Source of the DNA: Mobula hypostoma
Lineage: Eukaryota
Assembly: GCF_963921235.1 (NCBI RefSeq)
Contig: NC_086108.1
Location: 20,460,001 to 20,524,000, forward strand
DNA length: 64,000 bases
Direction: 5' to 3'
Below the pieces are notes generated by a model. That model worked only from the letters and a program-made list of their open reading frames with translations. It was not told where the DNA came from and did no database searches. Position 1 is the first letter of the stretch, and the number at the start of each line of letters is the position of its first letter. Positions 49,275 through 63,164 of this stretch are shown piece by piece. A program made the position numbers and the translations under genes.

Positions 49275-50070
49275 GTATCTAAAAATGGTATTGTCAAATG
49301 TACTGAGGTACTGTGAACATCTTATTTTGCACGGTGTCCATACAGATTAAATCATTACACAGTGCATTGAGAGTACTAGATAAAGCAATAACAGAATGCA
49401 CAATAAATTACTACAGCTACAAAGGAAGAGCAGTGCAGGTAGACAATAAGATGCAAGAAGATAAAATCGATTTGAGGTTAAGCGTCCATGTGATTGTACT
49501 AGGGAAACATTCAATAGTCTTGTAATGAGGTAGAAGTTGTCCTTGAGCCTGGTGGTATGTGCTTTCAGCCTGAACGACAGAAATATGGAGAAGAAAGGAT
49601 GTTCAGCGTAAGTGGTGTCTTTGATTATATTGGCTGTTTTATTGGAACAGTGAGAAGTGTAGCCAGAGTTCATGGTTTCTATTATGTGCTGAGTTGTGTG
49701 CATAACTCTCAGCAATTTCTTATGGTCATGGGCAGAGTAGCTACACTATCAAGCTATGATTCATCTAGATAGGATGCTTTCTATGGTGCATTGATAAAAA
49801 TTGATAAGGGTCAGTGGAGACGTGCAAAATTTCTTTAGCTTCCTGCCAAAGCAGAGGCATTGGTGAGCTTTCTTGGCAGTAGTATCTTTGAGGTTCGACC
49901 AAGGCAGCTTATTGGTAATGATCACTCCTAGGAATTTGAAGGTGTCAACTCTCTTAACATCAGCATTATTGACAAAGACAGGAGCATGCGTACCATCTTC
50001 CTTCCAGAAGTCAATAACTAGTTCTTTGTTTTGCTGACATTTAGGGAAAGGTTGTCTGACTTGCAATTCT
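49275..50070 (-). mobile_element. Rex/Babar LINE 3' part, degraded
   Basis: KELVIDF, FKFLGV, KKAHQCL, CTIESIL and IIKDTT motifs (ORFs 49347-50114). Confidence 0.82.
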
Positions 50071-51037
50071 TTGGAAAATGAGGACAAATTGATTAAATTA
50101 CGCTGCAATGACATCTTGATTCAAATACTTCCTTGGATATAAGCAACTGCTAGAGCAGAGCCCATCTACAGGAACATAGAGCATAGATCAGTACAGCATA
50201 GGAACAGGCCATTCAGCCCTCAATGTTGTGCCAAACCACCTAAAAAGCAAATCCAAAACACCCAAACACTAATCCCTCCTATCTACACCAAGTCCATATC
50301 CCTCCATGTGCCTATCCAAACGTCTCTTAAAAGCCTCTAATGTATTTGCCACTACTACCATACCAGACAGCACAGTCTAGGCATCCATGACTCTCTGAGT
50401 AAAAAATCTACCCCTCAGATCCCCCTTGAATCTACCCGCTTGCACCTTCAATGCATGCACTCTGGTACTGGACATTTCAACCCTGGGAAACAGATACTCT
50501 CTGTCCACTCTATCTATACCTCTCAATCTTATAAACATCTATCAGATTTCCCCTCAGCCTCCAGCTGAAAGTAATCCAAGCTTATCCAGCCTCTCATGAT
50601 AGCACATGCCCTCTAAACCAGGCAACATCCTGGTAAACCTCTTCTGCGCCCTCTCCAAAGCGTCAACAACCTTCCTATAGTGGGGTTACCAGAACTGTAT
50701 GCAATACTCTGGATGTGGCCAAACCATCATTTTATAAAGTTGCAACATAACTTCTAGACTTTTGAACTCAGTGCCTTGACTAATAAAAGCAAGCATTCCA
50801 TAAGCCTTCTTAACCACCTTATCAACCTGTGGAGCCAATTTCAAGGAGATATGAACTTGGATCCCAAGATCTCTCTGTCCAGCATTACTGGTAAGGATCT
50901 CGCCCCTAACAGTGTACTGTCTCCTTGTGTTTGCTCTACCATGGTCCAACACCTTGCATTTATCTGGGTTAAACTGCATCAGTCATTCCTTTGCCCATAT
51001 CCATAACTGATCTATATATGCGCTGTATTCTTTGCCA

Positions 51038-51616
51038 CACTCACAACATGCTGGAGGAGATCAGCAGGTTGGGCAGCATCTGTGGAAAAGATCGGTCAAC
51101 GTTTCGGGACAGAACCCTTCGTCAGGACTGTAGGGGGAAGGGGCAGAGGCCCTATAAAGAAGGTGGTGGGAGGGTGGGAAGGAGAAGGCTGGTAGGTTCC
51201 AGGTGAAAAACCAGTAAGGGGAAAGATAAAGGGGTGGGGGAAGGGAGGCAGGGAGGTGATAGGCAGGAAAGGTGAGGAAAGAATAGGGGAAAACACAATG
51301 GGTAGTAGGAGGAGGCGGAACCAAGAGGGAGGTGGTAGGCAGCTGGGGGAGGAGGCAGAGTGAAATAGGGATAGGGGAAGGGAGGGGGAGGGAATTAACG
51401 GAAGTTGGAGAATTCTATGTTCATACCAAGGGGCTGGAGACTACCTAGACGGTATATGAGGTGTTGCTCCTCCAACCTGAGTTTAGCTTCATCATGGCAG
51501 TAGAGGAGGCCATGTATGGACATATCTGAATGGGAGTGGGAAGCAGAGTTGAAGTGGGTGGCTACTGGGAGATCCTGTCTGTTTTGGCGGACGGAGCGGA
51601 GGTGCTCGACGAAGCA
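51038..51616 (-). mobile_element. Penelope-like 3' fragment with hammerhead
   Basis: An 8-bp TSD ctttgcca lies at 51030-51037 and 51617-51624. Homologous to 40125-40700. Confidence 0.87.
51093..51130 (-). ncRNA. Minimal type I hammerhead ribozyme motif
   Basis: Minus strand reads CAGUC-CUGACGA-AGGGUUCUGUCCC-GAAA-C-GUU-GACCG; the core is intact. Confidence 0.72.
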
Positions 51617-53269
51617 CTTTGCCAGTCTTCTATACGATTCACAATTCCACCAGTCTTGGTATCATCCACAAACTTACTAACCCACCCATCTACATTTTCA
51701 TCCAGATCATTTTTATACATCATAAACAGCAGAGGCCTCAGCACAGATCTCTGCAGAACACTGTAATTTACTGACCTCCAGCTTCAATAAGTCCCTTCAA
51801 CCACTACTGTCTTCTATGCGCAAGCCAGTTTGAATCTGAACGGCCAGCTGTGACCCCATGCATCTTAGTCTTTTGGAGTACCCTCCCATGAGGGGCTTTG
51901 TCAAACACCTTACTAAATCAATAAAACAACATCTACTACCCTACTCTGATCAATCTCTCTCATCGCCTTGTCAAAAAACTCAATCAAGTTGGTAAAGAAT
52001 GACTTGCCATGTACAAAGCCAGGCTGTCTCTCCCTAATTAGGCCATGGGTTTCCAAATACTCATATATCCTATCCCTAAGAATTTTCTCCAGCAATTTCC
52101 CTACAACTGATGTGAGACTCACTGGTCTATAGTTCCCATGATTTTCCCTTGTTCCATTCTTAAATAGAGGTACATTAGCCACTCACTAGTCCTCTGGAAC
52201 CTAGCCTGTGGCTAGAGAGGACATGAAGATACTGGTGAAGTGCCCAGCAATCTAGTCTCTTTCCTCCTTCAAAAATCTGGGGTAAGTCCCATCAGGCCCA
52301 GGGAACGTGCCACCTTAATACTCATTAGGAGGCCCCACATTTCCTCTTCCTTGACCTCTAAATTTCCTAACGTATTTCTACACTCAGCACTGATCTCCTG
52401 GTCCTCTATATTTCCTTGCTAAATACTGAAGCAAAGTACTCAACTTTAAAGACCATCTGTGCAATAAGATATGCCTTGATACATCTCCTTTTGATGGTCA
52501 ATAACCTCTTTCTGCTCCACTTTCATTTCCAGTGCTCTCACCATGGCTAAGGGCCCATCTCTTCCTGATAGTTTCCTAATATCCCAGCTGGTGGATACCC
52601 CACAATCCCAAGAATACAGCATTGTAAGTAGTGGCCATCCAATAGAGATAGGAACTGAAAGATTTCTCTCTCGCAAAGCAAGGTTTTAGAGTTTGTTACC
52701 AGTAATGAGACCTTGAAGGAGTGCAGAACACTGAATTAGAAGATAAAGTGAGCAAGAGCAAAGGTGAGGAATGCAGTAGTCAGTAGGATTCCACGGTGAG
52801 GGAGCATAAAGATTCTTCTGAATGTGAGTCTTGCATTATTGTTGGTTTCCTGGTGCAGGGCAAAATGTCACAGGAATTGCGCAGAATATTGGAATGGGGG
52901 AACCAGCAACTGAGAACAGTAGGGAAGATGTTGATTGGAACAGTAGGGGAGATGTTAATATCCCACAGGCAGAGTTTCAGGAGCACAGATAAAGCAATAA
53001 AGTAGGATCTTGTAGGTAGCAATCTCCGGATTACTTCCAGTGAGAGACAGTAAAAAGGGAAAGGTCAGGGAGAAGAAAGAAGTGTACAAATTAATGTTAG
53101 TGATGGGGAAGAAAAAAATACAGTATTAAGGAGAAAACAGACAATACAAGGAATAGAAAAATGAGTTTGAAGTGCATGTATGTTAATACACAGATTCCAG
53201 AGCTGCAAACACACAATATGAACTGAGGACTTAAGTGCTCATAGTAAATAGGAAAGGAACAATGGAACT

Positions 53270-54497
53270 ACGTTCGAATGCTGTTCATAGACTTCAGTTC
53301 AGCATTCAACACAATCATTCCTCAGAAACTGATTGGAAAGCTGAGCCTACTGGGCCTGAACACCTCCCTCTGCAACTGGATCCTAGATTTCCTGACTGTG
53401 AGATCTCAGTCAGTCCGGATTGGAAGCAGCATCTCCAACACCATCACACAGAGCATGGGGGCCCCCCAGGGCTGTGTGCTCAGTCCACTGCTGTTCACTC
53501 TGCTGACCCACAACAGTGCAGCAACACACAGCTCAAACCACATCATCAAGTTCGCCGATGACACGACCGTGATGGGTCTCATCAGCAAGAATGATGAGTC
53601 AGCATACAGAGAGGAGGTGCAGCAGCTAACAGACTGGTGCAGAGCCAACAACCTGTCTCTGAATGTGAACAAAACAAAAGAGACGGTTGTTGACTTCAGG
53701 AGGACATGGAGTGACCACTCTTCGCTGAACATCAAAGACTCCTCTGTAGAGATCGTTAAAAGCACCAAATTTCTTAGTGTTCACCTGGCGGAGAATCTCA
53801 CCTGGTCCCTCGACACCAGCTCCATAGCAAAGAAAGCCCAGCAGTGTCTCTACTTTCTGCGAAGGCTGAGAAAAGTCCATCTCCCACCCCCCCACCCCAT
53901 CCTCACCACATTCTACAGAGGTTGTATTGAGAGCATCCTGAGCAGCTGCATCACTGCCTGGTTCGGAAATTGCACCATCTTGGATCGCAAGACCCTGCAG
54001 CGGATAGTGAGGTCAGCTGAGAAGATCATTGGGTTCTCTCTTCCCGCCATTACAGACATTTACACCACACACTGCATCCGCAAAGCAAACAACATTATGA
54101 AGGACCCCATGCACTCCTCATACAAACTCTTTTCCCTCCTGCCATCTGGCAAAAGGCACCAAAGCATTCGGGCTCTCACGACCAGACTTTCATCCCTCAA
54201 GCCATCAGACTTCTCAATACCCAGAGCCTGGACTGACACCAACCTACTGCCATCTACAGTGCCTATAGTCTTGTTTATATTATTTATTGTAATGCCTGCA
54301 CTGTTTTGTGCACCTTATGCAGTCCTGGGTAGGTCTGTATTCTAGAGTAGTTTTTGTGTTGCTTTTACGTAGTTCAGTGTAGTTTTTGTATTGTTTCATG
54401 TAGCACCATGGTCCTGAAAAATGTTGTCTTGTTTTTACTGTGTACTGTACCAGCAGTTATGGTTGAAATGACAGTAAAAAGTGACTTGACTTGACTT
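53270..54497 (+). mobile_element. Rex/Babar LINE, 5'-truncated RT with tail
   Basis: ORF 53278-54345 ([22 protein letters not shown]) and a (gactt)n tail. A GAACT repeat flanks it at 53265-53269 and 54498-54502. Confidence 0.92.
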
Positions 54498-55249
54498 GAA
54501 CTGGATTCTAACTGAGGAAGATAGTTAAATTCTAAGTAACTGAGAGGGTTGAAGAAGGAAATGGGGTACTTCCAGAAAGTATATGCCACATAATTGTCAT
54601 TAAGACTAGAGACAATGCAATAAAAGGGGCTGCACCAGCAAAGGAGGAACATTGAAGCAGAAACAGAAAAATGAGAGTAGCGGTTGGGACTGGAGGAAAA
54701 CATGACTGATTTTGTCCCTCAAAACCACCTATCTGTGTCCAAATTCATCCCCTTTGATAGCCTTGGTCATAAACCAAAATCAGCCTTCACAGCTTTGTGC
54801 AATGGAACAGATTGAGAATCCATGCTCTGTTGGCTGTGGCATTCTAGATTTTCACATTGAACTGAATTCAGAAATGTCTTACTTTTGACTTTATTAGTCT
54901 ACCCTTTCTCATCAGACTCTAAACCTTTGTGCTACAGCTGAAAGTGCTATGATGTATAATTCTAAACCATTGATCCCCTAATTTGGATGTTGATAATGCT
55001 TTTCATTGTGACACTGAACTACTGACAATCCAAACAGTACCAGAATGAGTCAGCACATAACCAAATAAAGTACTGCTTGCAGTCACCCACAAAACATATT
55101 AAAGTTTGTAATCTGTCATCAAGCCAGACAGAAGCATCTTTTTCAAATTTCCATCACATTTTTATTCTCTTTTCACCCTGAAATTGGAAACTAACACTGT
55201 AAGTTTAATGACATTTTGCTGCATCATCCTGGCCAACATCCTTCATTCT

Positions 55250-58095
55250 GAGACCAAATACCATGAGATACAGGAGGAGAGTTAGGCCATTTGGCTCATT
55301 GAGTCTACTCCACCATTTCATCAAGAATCTCTTAACCTTGACCATAAATATACCCAAAAACATGGCCTTCACAGCTGCCTGTGGCAACAATTTCCACAGA
55401 TTCACTATTCTCTGGCTAAAGAAATTCCTCATCATCTCCATTCTAAATGGATGTCCCTCTATTCTGAGGTAGTCATAGACTCCCCCACCATAGAAAACAT
55501 CCTCTCCACATCCACTCTATCAAGGCCTTTCAACATTCAATAAGTTTCAATGAGGTCCCCCCTCATTATTCTGAATTCCAGTGGGCACATTCCTAGAGCC
55601 ATCAGATACTCCTCATATGATAAGCCTTTCAACCCCGATTCATTTTCACAAAATTACTTTGAACCCTCTCCAATGTCAGCACGTACTTTTTAAGATAAGG
55701 GGCCCAAAATTGCTTACAATACTCCAAGTGAGGCCTCACTGGTGCCTTATAAAGCCTCAACATTACATCTTGCTTTTAGATTCTAGTCCTCTCAAAATGA
55801 ACGCGAACATTGCATTTTCCCTCCTCACCACTGTCTCAACCTGCAAATCAATCTTTAGAGAATCCTGCATGAAACTCCCAAGTCCCTTTGCATGTCTGAT
55901 TTTTGAGTTTTCTCTCCATTTAGAAAATAGTCTACGCTGTTATTACTTTTTCCAAAGTGCATGACCATACACTTCCTGGACACCATATTCCATCTGTCAC
56001 TTTGCCCATTCTCCTAAACTGTCAAAGCACTCTGTAACCTCTCTGCTTCCTCAAAACTATCTGCCCCTCAACCTATCTTTGCATCATCCACAAACTTGGC
56101 CACAAAGCCATCAGTTCTGAAATCCAAATCATTGACATATAATGTAAAAAGAAGTGGTCCCAACACAGACCCCTATGGAACACCACTAGTCATCAACAGC
56201 CAACCAGAAAAGGCTCCCTTTATTCCCACTCTGCTTCCTGCCAATCAGCCAATGCTCTATCAATGCTAGTATCTTTCCTGTAATACCAAGAGCTCTTAAT
56301 CTTATTAAGCAGCCTCATGTGTGGCACCTTGTCAAATGTCTTCTGAAAATCCAAGTACACATCATCAACTGATTCTCCTTTGTCGATCCTGCTTGTTATT
56401 TCTTCAAAGAATTCCAACAGGTTTGTCAACCAAGATTTTCCCTTTAGGAAACCACGCTTACTTCAGCTCATTTTATTATATGCCTCCAAGTACCCCAAAA
56501 CTACATCCTTAACAATTGACTCCAACATCTTCCCAACCACTGAGGTCAGACTAACTGGCCTATAATTTCCTTTCTTCTGCCTCTCCTTCTTCTTGAAGAG
56601 TGAAGCAATTTTCCAGCCCTCCGGAACCAAGCCAAAATCCATTGCTTCTTGAAAGATCATTACTAATGCCACCACAATCTCTTCAGCCAACTCTTTCAGA
56701 ACTCTGGGGTGTAAACCATCTGGTTCAGGTGATTTATCAACCTTCAGGCCTTTCAGTTTCCCACGCACCTTCTCCCTAGTGTTCCTTCCCAATCAATTTT
56801 GGCCAGCTCCTCTCTCATGCCTCTGTAATTCTCTTTACTCCACTGTAATATGATACATCAGATTTTTTCTCCTCAAGTTGCAGGGTGAATTCTATGATCA
56901 CTGCCCCTTAAAGGCTTTTTTACTTTAAGCCCTCTAATCCCAACACCTATTCCAGAATAGCTGATCCCCTAATGGACTCAACCACGAACTGTTCTAAAAA
57001 GCCATTTCGTAGGCATTCTACAAATTCCCCCTCTTGGGATCCAGCACCCACCTGATTTTCCCAACATACCTTCATATTGAAATCCCCCATTATCATAACA
57101 TTGCCCTTTTGACATGCATTTTATTCTCCAAATGTAATTTGTAGACCATATCTTTGCTACTGTTCGGAGGGCTGTATATAACTCCCATCAGGATTTTTTA
57201 ACCCTTGCAGTTTCTTAGCTCTACCCACAATTCTACATTTTCTGATCCTATGTCACCTCTAATGATTTGATTTCATTTTTTTTTACAAGCGGTGCCACCC
57301 CACCCCCTCTACCTGCCTGCCCTTTCAATACAATGTGTATCGATGTACACTAAGTTCCCAGCTATCATCTTCTTTTGGCCACGATTCAGTGATAACCTCG
57401 AAGTAATACATGCCAATCTGCAACTGTGCTACAAGTTAATCTACCTTATTCCGTATACTGCATGCATTCAAATATAACAATTTCAGTCCTGTATTCATCA
57501 CCCTTTTCAATTTTGTCCCCCTTTTACATTGCAACTCATCCCGTAGACTGCAATTTTTCCTTATCATCAATCTCTCCTTGCTAGCAGTCTTATTACACAC
57601 TTGCTCTGTTTGTAAACTAACCACTCCTTCTCAGCCCAGTTCCCATCCCTCTGCTGTTAGTTTAAACCCTCCCTCTCTAGCAAACCTGCCTGCAAGGACA
57701 TTGGTCCCCCTTGGGTTCAGGTGTAATCCATTCCTTTTTATACAGTTTGTACCTTCCCTGGAAGAGATCCCAGTGATCCAGCAATCTGAACCCCTGCCCC
57801 CTGCACTAGTTCCTCAGCCATATATTCATCTGACAAATCATCCTATTGTTACTCTCACCAGCATGTAGCATTGAATGCAATCCAAAGGTTACTACTTTGG
57901 AGGTCCCGCTTTTCAGCTTTCTACCTAGCTCCCTAACATCTTTTTTTTTTCAGGACCTTCTCACCTTTACTACTGATGTCATTGGTGCCAATATGCACAA
58001 AGACTGCCTGTTCTTTCTCCCCTTTTAGAATGCCATGATCCTGATCCAAGACATCCCTGACCCTGGCACCTGGGAGGCAACATACCATCCAAGAA
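55250..58095 (-). mobile_element. Degraded CR1 LINE with EN, RT and ORF1 remnants
   Basis: ORFs 56220-56429 (DFQKTFDKV), 56463-56792 (PEPDGLHPRVL) and 57436-57624 (LYLNACSIRNK). An ORF1-like cctggcacctgggaggcaa lies at about 58065. Confidence 0.85.
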
Positions 58096-59156
58096 ATTGT
58101 TTGATCACCAGGAATAAATAAGTGAACAGCATTTTTGTTTGCTCATCATGCCCCTAAATTTGAACGAGAATTGATTTTCTCCGCCATAAGCCTATTGATG
58201 CTAAGCTTCAGTGAGTCACCTCCGCTGTTGTATGAACCTGGACCTTTTATGTCTATGTATGCTCTTCCCAATGACTTCATGTTGAAGCAAAGTACCTTTG
58301 TGTTGGAATAATGCTTACATATGGATTTACCAGGATATGATATTGTAAAGATATAGTTCTAGTGGGCCATGATTCCATATGGCTAGATTACTGCAGAGGC
58401 ATAATTCTGCTAGCACGTTACCACTGAAGTATGGTTCTACTTGACTACATATCTGTGTGGAGATAGAGTTGCTGGGACATGGTTCCATATGTAGACTAAT
58501 AGGATATGGCTCCATTAAGATATGCTATACTTGACACTGCTGTGATATAGCTCTGAAGGAAGTTTTAAGAAAAACTGCTCCATCCTCACACATGGAAAGC
58601 TTTGCCCGAAGAGTAGTTCATATCTCTGCTGACCTCTAAATAACTATACACACACTCCTTTAGTTATTTGTATTATATTTCCTTAAGAATAGAGATTAGA
58701 ATTTCATATTTAGTCACTTGCCAGTCACAAATGGAGAATGTACCTATTAAGGCTAATTTCATCAGTATGCACAAAGACCTATCACCTAATGTCCAGTGAA
58801 ACCAAAATCGTCTAGGCTTTGCCAGAGATGAACTGCTGAACTTCTCAGCAATATCACTCTGAAGAACAAATAATATGTGAGTGTTAGGGGTTGCGACCAT
58901 ACCTATGGCTGAAAAAATGATTAAGTGTGAATCAGATGACCTGTTGTTGTAATAAGATCATATCTAATTTTTCTGAACTCAGTGAGAATATTACTCATTT
59001 AGCAATCTGATCATTCCAGGAATCAATCTCATGACACACAATGCTCACACATATCCTTTATGAAATTAGTATTTATTAGTTTCTTACCATTTAAAAATTA
59101 TTGAACCAGATCTTGCTGTCAAATCCTGATTGTTCCAAAACATAAGTCTGATCTTA

Positions 59157-59435
59157 TTTATTAATTTAGATATACAGCGTGGACTAAGCCCTTCCGGCCC
59201 AACAAGCCGCACCACCCAGCTACCCACCTATTTAACCCTAGCCTATTCACAGAATAATTTACTATGACCAATTAACCTACTAACTGGTATGCCTTTGGAA
59301 CAGGGGAGGAAACAAGAGCACCTGGAGGAAACCCACGCATTAATGGGGAGGACATACAAAATCCTCACAGACAGTGTTGGAATTGAACTACGATGCCCTG
59401 AGCGGTCATAGCACTGTGCTAACCGCTATACTGTG
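59157..59435 (-). mobile_element. V-SINE (HE1-like) with CR1-type tail
   Basis: The minus strand contains the V-domain-like GCGTGGGTTTCCTCCAGGTGCTCTTGTTTCCTCCC, a degenerate tRNA head and a gaaggg...aaataaataa tail. Confidence 0.82.
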
Positions 59436-60169
59436 GCTTATGGTTGATAATTCAACTGAAGATGTTTATACCTAGAGTACTCCTCCACTGATGGTTGAGG
59501 TGGTTCATCTCCAACAACTATAATTATGTTTTTTCGTGTACGATCCAAGCTTGTACAAAGATTTCCTCTTGGTGCCCACTACCCTGATGTGTTACTAGTA
59601 AATGTGGATAAGTTTGCATCAGAATTCTCAACTGAAAATATATATGGAATGATATCAGATTATTTATTTGGGCATTTCCATTGAAATAATTGTTGAAACA
59701 ACTTTTTGAGCATTTAATTGAGAAGCTAAGTTTTTAACATGACAGGACTACTGACACATATTGAAGCCATGGATCTTTCCCTGAAAGAGCACTTCCAAAA
59801 CCGGGGAAAAACCTGTTCCAATTAATAAAATGGAAAAGAACTTCAAAAGTGGAGTTCAATGAATAAACATTGCCACATTATTTGATTAACATATACAGCA
59901 AACAAATGAATTTCTACCTAGCACATAACTACATATCTGGAACCACTGAAGCTTTGATGAATAACTCAACTTATCCTATAACTTATACTTATACCAGATA
60001 CACTTTTCTTTTTAAACTTTTGCCTTTGTTTCATGACATCAACACTTAATGCTGGAGATGCCTGAAATTAATCCATCTTGCCTCCTCTTATTTTAGGTCT
60101 GTACTTAATATTCTCCTTCAGTGAACTGAATGAAATCTCTTTAATCCATCAAAACTCTAACCTTCATTT

Positions 60170-60600
60170 AAGAGTCATAGAGCTATACAGCATGGGAATA
60201 GGCCATTCAGCTCAACTAATAATACTTCATCATGCTCTCAACATTTCCAATCTTTTAACTGTTTTTAAAAAGTTATTCCATCTGCCGTAACTGCTTCCTT
60301 GGCAGCTCATTCAACAAAGATATCACCCTTCATGTAAAAAAAGAGCTGTCCACCAAGTTCCTATTAAATCTTTTCCCTCTCACCTTAAACCTATAGTGTA
60401 TCTTCTAATGCTAGATTTCTAAATCTTGGGAAAAAGACTGAATGCATTTACCCTATTTATGCTCCTTAAGGTTTTCATACATCTCTATAAGATCACTTCT
60501 CAGTGTTCTACACTCCATAAAATAAAGTTCTGGGCTGTCTAACCTCTTCCTATAACTCTGTCCCTCAAGTGTTGGCAACACCCTTGTTGAATCCTTCAAT
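60170..60600 (-). mobile_element. Old CR1 3' fragment
   Basis: ORF 60453-60650 SYRKRLD..LRSDLIEMY and a CR1 tail at about 60175. Confidence 0.72.
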
Positions 60601-63164
60601 ATTCTGAAAGGATTTAGATTTAGTTCTTCATCTTGAGATGCCAAAATCAAATACCAATTAAATGGACTCCTGTTGCAGTAGAGAAAATTTACAGCAGACT
60701 ATGACTTACAGGATCTCTGGCTGCAGTTATCACCACCTTTTGCTTGACCTTGTGCCACATTAATGTACATGAGTTCTAAAAAATTGTGGCCTGGCAAGCC
60801 AACTGCATAGAATAATGGAAATATTTGTTTTAAGATCTTCAGTATCTATACCAGAATGAGCATCATTGGTATTCTCAACCAATTGCCAAGATTTAAATTA
60901 AGGGCTTGTATTAACTACATTAGCTAAATTTTGAATGTAGCAATCCTCTAATTCTATAAAATATTGAAATTAATAAAATCAAACCTAGAGCATATTTTTC
61001 CTATTACTTAGTTGAGACATTGTCCTCACTGTATATCATTTGCTAAGATATCCAGATTTGGAAAATAAGTAACAGGATACTTATGCTTCAATATCTCTCA
61101 GATTAAACTATGTAATCTCTTTTGAGGGAGAACTTTCATCATTCATGTCCAAGGTCCAGTTTTTGTGCATTCCAATCCTTAGGTAATTGGGCTAAGATGA
61201 AGAACTCAAATGAATATGGAAAGTGAATCTCACTGTAATTTCATAATTGCTTTTACATTGCTTTAACAAAACTATGTTAGAAAAATAAAAACCTCTAAAC
61301 CTCTATCCAATGTACCCTTAACCATTCCCCAAATTATGTCCTCTATCAGTTTTGTGAAGTATTGTGAACAAAGCATGGATGGAAATACTGGAAAGAAAAC
61401 CGGCAAAATATCTGGTTCCCACATCTATAATTACAGCATTAATGAGTAATTCTAGCCTGCATTATAATGGAACAAATCCAATTTAAAAACATTTGCATAA
61501 CAACCAACTTCTGGTGGTCATACTTCTGGTGGAAACTACATTTATAACATTAGGTTAGGCAACCAATTGTTACAATTTCTGTAACATTGTAAAACATATT
61601 AGTGATGGTGTGCACTTTGGTTTGGACAAATAAGTAAAAATACATCAAGAAAGTAAGCTAAAAAGAAGTGTAATAACTACTTAGTTTACTGTAGGCCCAT
61701 TGTGTGCTTACATGTACTTGAAGGCCTCAGATGCAGCTACAGTTTGGATCTTGCTTTTTCACAACTTAAGGATGCCTCCTTGGAAATGATTCCAACTATT
61801 CTCCTTGCTGATTATGTTTGATTGGTGGAAACAGCATTAAACTGCCATATAAGCTGCTTGCACTTGCAAGACATTTATTGTGTAGGAAAACTTTCTGTAA
61901 TTGTACCTAAAGAGTTTTTAAACTTGCTTGTGCAAACACACACATACACACTACATCCAGAGTGATGAAAATGACACCAGTTACACAAAAAGCATTAGAA
62001 ACATATCATCAGGATCAGTAGTACTTCAGGATTACTAATTAGAATGCAGACTATGTGTTAACAGAATGCAAGAGCTCAAAGCAAGCTGTACACATTACTG
62101 GAGAGATTGAGAAAAATATACAATAGTCAAATGGCAAATCTGAATGTTCATAGTACAAAGTTACCACAGGTAGGTTTTTTTCCATTCAAGATTGCAGCAG
62201 ATAACAAAATCCACAGGAAAATTGTTCACATTGTAAAAATTAAAAAAAGAACATTACATGGGTATAAAATAGTTCAGTTAAAACACTTTTCCAACAAAAT
62301 AAAGTATTTTAGGTATTAAAAACCTATGGATGTGCAATTCTACATGGTAATACTGTTGACTACATAGATTGCTCATTCCATTTCCATACCCAACATGGGT
62401 TAACTAGACTAGAGCAAGTAAGCAAAATTAATGATGAAAGGATAGGAAATGCAAAAAAAAATCTTAAGTACTCCCAAAACAGTTAACTACAGTAACTGTA
62501 ATCTAGCTGGATTTTATGTATCAAAAAGTCCAGCATTACTGGTTATAACATATACACTATTTGGTGAAACAAATCTTTTACTTAAGGCAGTGGTTCCACA
62601 GGGCAGTCAGTGCAACTGGGATGCACAGTCCTCAGAGATTCAGATCACTTATCAAATGCTTCTTAGCTGCTCCAGGACAACCACAATATTGTCACTGAGT
62701 CTTAGTGGTTGGTGCTGTTACGCTGTGAAGTTTGTGCTCCGATATAAGAATACTAAGCACACCTCTGGATTCAATCCTGGCACAGAAAGAACAAATGTGG
62801 AACTCTTCCATGAGGTCCTTTCAGGAACCGCAAGCATCCATCAAGCTTGCAGACAAGTCTTGAATTATGCCACTATTCGGTCATTCAAAAGACATCAAGT
62901 TTGCAGGGACCTGAGAAGATAAAATTTTAAATACTGAATGAAACAATTATACAACATTAAGACCATAAATCAGCTGCACTAGCAATTCTCAAGAATGTGA
63001 AAAGATTCCTTTACAGGGACATAGTTAAGCTAGCGGGGACATCAAAAGCACACTCAGAACTAGGCTTAAGAATGTCTTAAAGTAAAAGAAACTTACAGAG
63101 AGGTTTATAGAAGGAAAAAACCAGAGGTTAGGGTCTCATTAGCTAAACATCTGATTAGATTCAT

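Larger units (their letters stand above)
50170..52445 (-). mobile_element. CR1 LINE fragment split by a PLE
   Basis: ORFs 50686-50979, 51562-51744 (KFVDDTK) and 51913-52182 (NYRPVSLTS), with a 3' tail at about 50170. Confidence 0.88.

Noticed and set aside
52905..52960. 24-bp tandem duplication (also acttctggtgg twice near 61508-61532)
   Set aside because: Two-copy local slippage duplications, not arrays.
62449..62922. 157-aa + strand ORF
   Set aside because: No recognisable domain or splice context; compatible with chance or a decayed repeat.
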